Shown here: positions 50,153-56,350 of the stretch, in pieces
Layout: every line of letters starts with the position of its first letter
Numbering within the stretch: position 1 is the first letter of the stretch
Assembly: GCF_001194135.2 (NCBI RefSeq)
Contig: NC_068986.1
Location: forward strand, 5,884,065-5,940,414
DNA length: 56,350 nt
Direction of reading: 5' to 3'
DNA from: Octopus bimaculoides
Taxonomy: Eukaryota
Made by a program: the position numbers and the translations under genes
The notes under the pieces: model-generated
What the model was told of the DNA's origin: nothing
Database searches by the model: none
What the model saw: only the letters and a program-made list of their open reading frames with translations

Positions 50153-50524
50153 AAAAAAATAAATAAGTAAAAGAAAATATGCCATGGAAACAGTAGTAAT
50201 TCCTGAAAAAGTTGGTGACATTTCCATGAACTGTTGCAACTGCAATTCATTTGAGCCACCAAGAAGCTTCTGTTATCATTACAAGTGTAAATGAGGTAAC
50301 TGCCAAGCTGCTTTGGTGAACAAAAGTTGAAGGACTATGTATGCCTGTATACTTAAAAATAACAATCGTTCCTTTTTTTCTTGAAATATCACTAACTGTA
50401 AAGAAATAAAGGTCATATAAATTTTTTTTGTGTAAATTGTTTCTGTGAAATTGTTTCCAAATGTTATCCATTTAGAATTCTTTAAAGATTCGTTTGTATT
50501 TTTTGGCATCATCTGTTATAGAGA

Positions 50525-51100
50525 TTGCAACATTGTCTTTCCGTTAGTTGTTTTTATTGTTTTTTTATTTGTAAAGCACAAATGAAATGCTTTTGGCACC
50601 AGCAGAGATATAACAGAATGAAGTTTCCAATTACAAATAGGATATGCATACTTTTTTCTTTTAAGGAAGGAATTTCAACCATGTTTCGTGGTCTGCTACC
50701 ACAACAGCTCCTTTATAGGATCCAGTTAGCTCAAGACATCATCAGGAGGAACCATGTCCGGTTTCGGCCCCTATTCCTCTACCGTTTTGACGTGGCGGGG
50801 CCCCTCCTTTCGGAGGTGTCTTCAGCTCTGGTGTTGGGTGCATGTCTTCGTTCACTGTTTGTGACTGTTCTAATTCAACTGTGGAATGTCCCTCGCTATG
50901 ATTATTTTCCAGGAGGTTCTGGCCACACGTCTTACGGTTCATCAACCCGCGTTGTTGAATTACTTTCTTCTGACATACCTTCCCTTGGTGGATTAGCCCT
51001 CTTTTTATTCATATTTCATATAAATTCCTCTGAAAAATTTAACATTTTTTACAATGTGCTGTGGTTGACACTGGAAGGGTTTTTCTTATTCGGTTATTAA
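50525..51100. other. CpG-rich orphan segment with a 191-codon plus-strand ORF; possible decayed piggyBac C-terminus on the minus strand
   Basis: At least 13 CG dinucleotides in 50686-50953. Minus-strand fragments NA(W)LMNRK, GPKPDMVPPDDV and YAYPICNWK...HLCFTNKK. Confidence 0.3.
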
Positions 51101-51164
51101 ATAGCATGCATAACCATCACTTACAAGTGAATATGACTTGGTAGCATGTATCATGTTTTCACTC

Positions 51165-51733
51165 TTTTACTTGTTTCAGTCATTTGACTGCGGCCATGCT
51201 GGAGCACCACCTTTAGTCGAATCAAATCGACCCCAGGACTTATTCTTTGTAAGCCTAGTACTTATTCTATCGGTCTCTTTTGCCGAATCGCTAAGTTATG
51301 GGGACCTGAACACACCAGCATCAGTTGTCAAGCAATGTTGGGGGGACAAACACACACACAAACATATACACACACATACATACACACACACACACATATA
51401 TACATACAGATAGAGACAGAGATAGAGAGAGGGGGAGAGNNNNNNNNNNNNNNNNNNNNNNNNNNNNNNNNNNNNNNNNNNNNNNNNNNNNNNNNNNNNN
51501 NNNNNNNNNNNNNNNNNNNNNNNNNNNNNNNNNNNNNNNNNNNNNNNNTATATATATATATATATGTACATATATACGACGGGCTTCTTTCAGTTTCCAT
51601 CTACCAAATCTACTCACAAGGCTTTGGTCTGCCCGAGGCTACAGTAGAAGACACTTGCCCAAGGTGCCATGCAGTGGGACTGAACCTGAGACCATGTGGT
51701 TGGTAAGCAAGCTACTTATCACAGAGCCACTCC
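51165..51733 (-). mobile_element. SINE S1 copy spanning an N gap
   Basis: Near-colinear with 12509-12906. Confidence 0.85.
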
Positions 51734-51814
51734 TAATTATTTTTGGATATCCATGTAATTCTGTTCTTTTTTACTCTAGGCACAAGGCCTGAAATTTTTT
51801 GATACTTAATTTAT

Positions 51815-51942
51815 TGACCCCCAAAAGGATTGAAAGGCAAAGTTGACCTCGGTGGAATTTGAACTCAGAATGTAAAGATAGACGAAATACCACTAAGCAT
51901 TTCACCAGGCGTGCTAATGTTTCTGCCAGCTCGTCGCCTTTG
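51815..51942 (-). mobile_element. SINE S2 copy
   Basis: Reverse complement of the S2 head and body. Confidence 0.7.
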
Positions 51943-52904
51943 GATGTCCATGTAATTATAAGCAAACATAGTCACCCTCTTTGTTCTCCCACCCTCGATC
52001 CAGCAGTACATCTAGTATGTGACAGATGGAGGGAGAGACAGTTGTACTAGCACTGGGCTGGTACTCATTTTCAGCTGAGTAAACTGGGACCAGATGAAAT
52101 AAAGTCCCTTACTCAAGGAGACTACACGAAACCCAGTTCAGGCATCAAACTCATAACCTTACAGTTGTCGTCCAGGAGTTTTTACGTAGTTGCTTAATCA
52201 GTGAGATGAAGTAGCCAAATCTTACTCAGTTCACCCTCTGACATTAAAAAGGGAAGGACATATTGGTAATATAAGGCGAGATAAACAAAAAGATGTGATG
52301 TTTATGGCTGGATTGCCTCTGATAAAAGATCTGCATAACCAAAGCTTATCTAGGGCTAAACAAAGCTAGCATTACCAGAACACTACTGTAATACCATTGT
52401 TAGTTCACTTTTGTTGTCATGTGATCAACACAAAGATAGAGCCTACCTTAATAGTTGTTACGTCAATTGCCTTCCTAGACCTTAATTCACTTATAAATTG
52501 CCAAAACCCTTCAGATATACTAACAAAAGCAAAATCAAACTGAAGCCTCCACCATGTTTTCTGTCAATGTAGAAAAACTGATGCCAAACAAATGAATGAA
52601 TGAATAATACAAGTGGTTTAATAGAAAACATCACTATTGGTGAGTTGCATTGTAGGGTAATAAAATATATTATTGATTTTTAAGTACAAAAAGTGGGGGT
52701 TGCATTATGTTAGAGACTACATTGTATTGAAATAATACAATATATATTGAACCAGGTGTAATACATAAACCTTTGAATTTATCAACAATGTTAGAGAACA
52801 AACTGCATAAAACTTTTGTTGGTTGTAATACTGAGTGTCATGCAACCAAACACTAATATTACAAAGTATTGTTGTTTTTTTAACTTTTTGGTATCATAAG
52901 TTAC

Positions 52905-53478
52905 GAGAAGCAGGAGGCTGAATTGGATTCTCAAATTGCTGGTGCTGGTACAGCTTCACCATTTGATCCTCAAAGGGGTGAGGTTGGTAAAAAAAAAACA
53001 ACAACTTATTACCATCAATTTGGTTTCCATATCCATCCTCACCTATGGTCATGAATGCTGGGTAATAACTGAGTGTGATGGCAAATACAAGCAGCTGAAA
53101 TGGAGTTTCTTTAAAGGATTTCCAAAGCAGTAACTTTATTCAACACAGTGCACAGCTTGGAGATCAGAGAAGCTCTCCAGGTTGAGGCATTATCTCCCAC
53201 ATTGAGCAGTCACAGCTTTTGTACAATCGACATGTGGTTAGAATGCCATAAGAAAGCTAGATTCTCCAAGCTGACCCTGCTGGCAAACCTAGGAGTAGAC
53301 TAAGAATGAGCTGGTTGGATAATATCCGTAGTCCCAGTTGGTTACATATAAGAATCCTGTAGGAAAGTGTAAGACAGTTGCTTCTGATATGATCCTATGG
53401 AGGAGGTGCCTGAAGACTCTACTCTCATGTTTTGTCCCAGAAACAGTGGGCAGCAAGGATGGATAGATGGATGGGGTT
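52905..53478 (+). mobile_element. Rex3/Expander-like RTE LINE 3' fragment
   Basis: KQEAELDSQIAGA..., SILTYGHECWVITE, EIREALQVE, HIEQSQL, WRRCLKTL; GGAT-repeat tail. Confidence 0.8.
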
Positions 53479-55156
53479 GATGATTATGGTGGAAGGGACA
53501 GTGTCCATGGCTTTCACATGCTCTCTTAGACTGGTGACATCAGTGCCAATAATGTTCCTGTTGAATCTTTGTAAATCAAACTTGTAAGAAAGGTATGAGC
53601 ATGGAGGGAATTGCTGAAGGTTTTGGGGGTTGATTTTGCTGTATGACATCTTAAATAAGTGACTTGTTCACCAAAGCCTTGTGATTTATATTTCGGAAAT
53701 GGAAACTATGTAGAAGCTGAATGAAGAAACTGTTCCTGTTCTTGGGTGGGCAAACTCAATATGTCAATTGGTTTAACACCATCACCTGACAATTGGATAT
53801 CATTAGCACTGTCCACCCTGTTGTAAATGTTCAAGTGATCTGGCCTCAAGATAAGTTCCTCTTTTCCACCTGCAGATTTTGAATCAGAGATATTACCCTT
53901 CCTCCTCTAACTTTTTATACACTTCCATTATCTTATACAGATGTGTGATTTATCTCTTGGTTTAAAATAAAAATAGTGTTGACTTAATTGGGATGAAGGA
54001 GAAGATCAGCTTTCACTAAAATTACAATACCTAAGTTACCAACAGCACATGTCGCTTTTTCCTTATATACAAAAATTATACAATTTCTCCAACTGATTGG
54101 TTAAAGAGTCTGACTGTAAGCAATTCTTCATATCTACGTATGTTTGTGTGTAAGCATGCCTGCAGCAGAGTATTCCATTCTGAATGCACCCTGATCAAAA
54201 CCTTAGTACCCCATGCAACAAGATAGTTCCTATCACCCCTCTATTTAATATAAACTCTTGGTAGTTGCTGTGAGACTTTTTTGTCCTTGTCATTTTACAT
54301 GATGTTCGGACAATGAGTCAAATAAAGGATTCTCTTCATAGTTGCTCAACCTACAAGAAATAACAGCCAGATCTCCCTGAGATTGCAGCTTACCTTCTTA
54401 AAGAAAGGAATTATACAGTATATAATCTATGTAGTACTATTTTACTGAAAGAGGGTGGTCATGTCTGGAATGCCTTTGCATAGACTTACTTGATTCAGGA
54501 CTGATCTAAAGTTAAATAACAATTAGGTACTTGTAATGAAATGTTTGACAATCTAGCTTCCTATCATTGAACTGTTTGTTACTTTGCTTTATATATTTAA
54601 TACTTACTAACCTTAAACACTTGTAGTATGGCTTGAACCCCATGTAGAATCTCCAACAGGCTATCTTCTTTCTCTTTTTGTATCAGTATACCCACAGTCT
54701 CTTTCTCTCTCTCTTTCTCTTGTACATTTTCTGTGTTACACACACACACACACACATTCACATGTGTTTAAGGATATTCTGTATCTTCACATTTTCACAT
54801 TTCTTTGTCATTCACAAGCACACATACATACTAACTCTGTATTTTCTAAGCAAATGGGGTGGAGATTTTGTAATAGAAATAGGTTTTTGCTTTAGTTTTA
54901 TTTCTGCTTTCTTTTTTTTTTTTATCTCGCTCTCTCTCTTGCATACGCACCCACATGCACATGTACACACACACCCACATGCATATAAATTTTTCACTTG
55001 ACCACTTCAAGTAAACTTCCTATCTAGCAACAAGTTTTCATGAATGGAAGTGTGTGGAACTGAGAAAGATCTGTAGTGAATGGAAAATAGTACCCCCCTT
55101 CCAATTTATTATTATTGATGTTTATTTTTTCTTAGCTAGTGTGTCTTTAGGACCTG

Positions 55157-55193
<37 letters not shown>

Positions 55194-56350
55194 CATGTGT
55201 GTGAAAGTAAATCAATACTACTATTTATATTTTTGGATTCCCTCTTTGCCCACAAAGTTTAATGGGGAACTTGGGTATTCAAAATGAACATACAATCACA
55301 ACACCCTGCTCCCTCACCTTTTCTGTTCTAGAACCAAAGGCTAATTGTAGTGAGTCAGCTTCCAAAATAGAATCAACCTAGTTATTTTATTTATATTTTT
55401 TCAAGTGTGCGTGCGCGCATGTATGAGGGAGGGGAGGAAGAGTGGGGTGAATTATTTATTATATATGCTTTATCTGACAGCTCTCCCCAGGAAGAAAGAA
55501 AGAAAACACATTTACACATAAGCATACACATCACAGGAAAGTTGGTAGATTTTTCTTTTCATTTTCCTTCTTTCTTCCTTTGGGGGGGTTTTTTTTTTTT
55601 TGCTCTATCTTTCTCCCCATCCTCTTTCAAGCCAACATTGGCAAATGTGCATGCAGAGTAAATGTAGCCTTATCACTGCTAAAATGGTGTTAATACTAAT
55701 CTAAGATTTGTAACTCAAAGCTTTTGTTAGTTACATGAGTGCTTTTATAGCATTTGTGCTCTAATTGACACAGTAAACACAAAATCCTTATTGCTCATCT
55801 ATGCTTTATGCTGACACTATCACAAATAACAATAGTGCGTTTGTATTCTCATTATCATAACAAGTTTACCATACTTCCACTGTAATTAATCTTTTTATGA
55901 ATCTCTTTGATATGAAAATTGGTCAAAGTTTTTGAGGTCGATATACTTACTGTAAGTTTATCTTTTCTAGAAGTGATCTTTGTTACAAAAAAAGCTTTTA
56001 GGATCAGCTATTAGGCTTTTCCTTTCACCCTGGATGTTCAATGTTTGCAAATGACCACTATACCGACAGGTAACTGTGCAGAAAAAATTTACAATCGATA
56101 AATGTCTTAGAACAACCAGTCACTCATCTGGGAAGGCCTTGAAATCAATGTTACCAACTGGGGACTATGTGCATCGCAGTGATAATAAAAAGACTGAAAG
56201 GAGGTCTGCAACGAAATAATTTTACTCAACACTTTGCAAGTGAATCAGTGGAGGCAAAGATGCGTCTCATTTACTTGACAATTTATGCACCACATTGCAG
56301 AAATCACAATGTAAGTATATCTGAAAGGATAGTCTTACACTGTTGTACCG

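Noticed and set aside
1-56350. CRISPR arrays, rRNA genes, operon-like or prokaryotic systems
   Set aside because: No repeat-spacer arrays, rRNA-like sequence or dense ORF layout; the DNA is eukaryotic and repeat-rich.

Overview
AT-rich, repeat-dense eukaryotic DNA from a gapped scaffold (six N-runs). The SINE, RTE and MITE families and the heavy (CA)n/(TA)n/(GAT)n load resemble, from my recall, an octopod cephalopod genome; this is an inference, not a database result. I cannot assign any host protein-coding gene: the window reads as a long intron or intergenic region with a few isolated, well-formed splice cassettes. Supported content: one near-full-length decayed mariner (28-bp TIRs, TA TSD, D,D34D spacing), 3' fragments of two RTE-clade LINE lineages (BovB-like and Rex3/Expander-like), many RTE 3'-tail copies, at least three tRNA-derived SINE families, piggyBac-type (TTAA), hAT-type (8-bp TSD) and Tc1/mariner-type (TA) MITEs, and micro/minisatellites. 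Most interesting observations: a ~274-bp tandem repeat at 45.7-46.15 kb whose two copies reconstruct a type I hammerhead ribozyme (retrozyme/Penelope-like) inserted in a SINE; a candidate recursive splice site at 20924/20925; candidate microexons; and a CpG-rich orphan segment at 50.5-51.1 kb lying between inverted SINEs. Repeat boundaries were read by eye and are approximate unless TIRs or TSDs are given.
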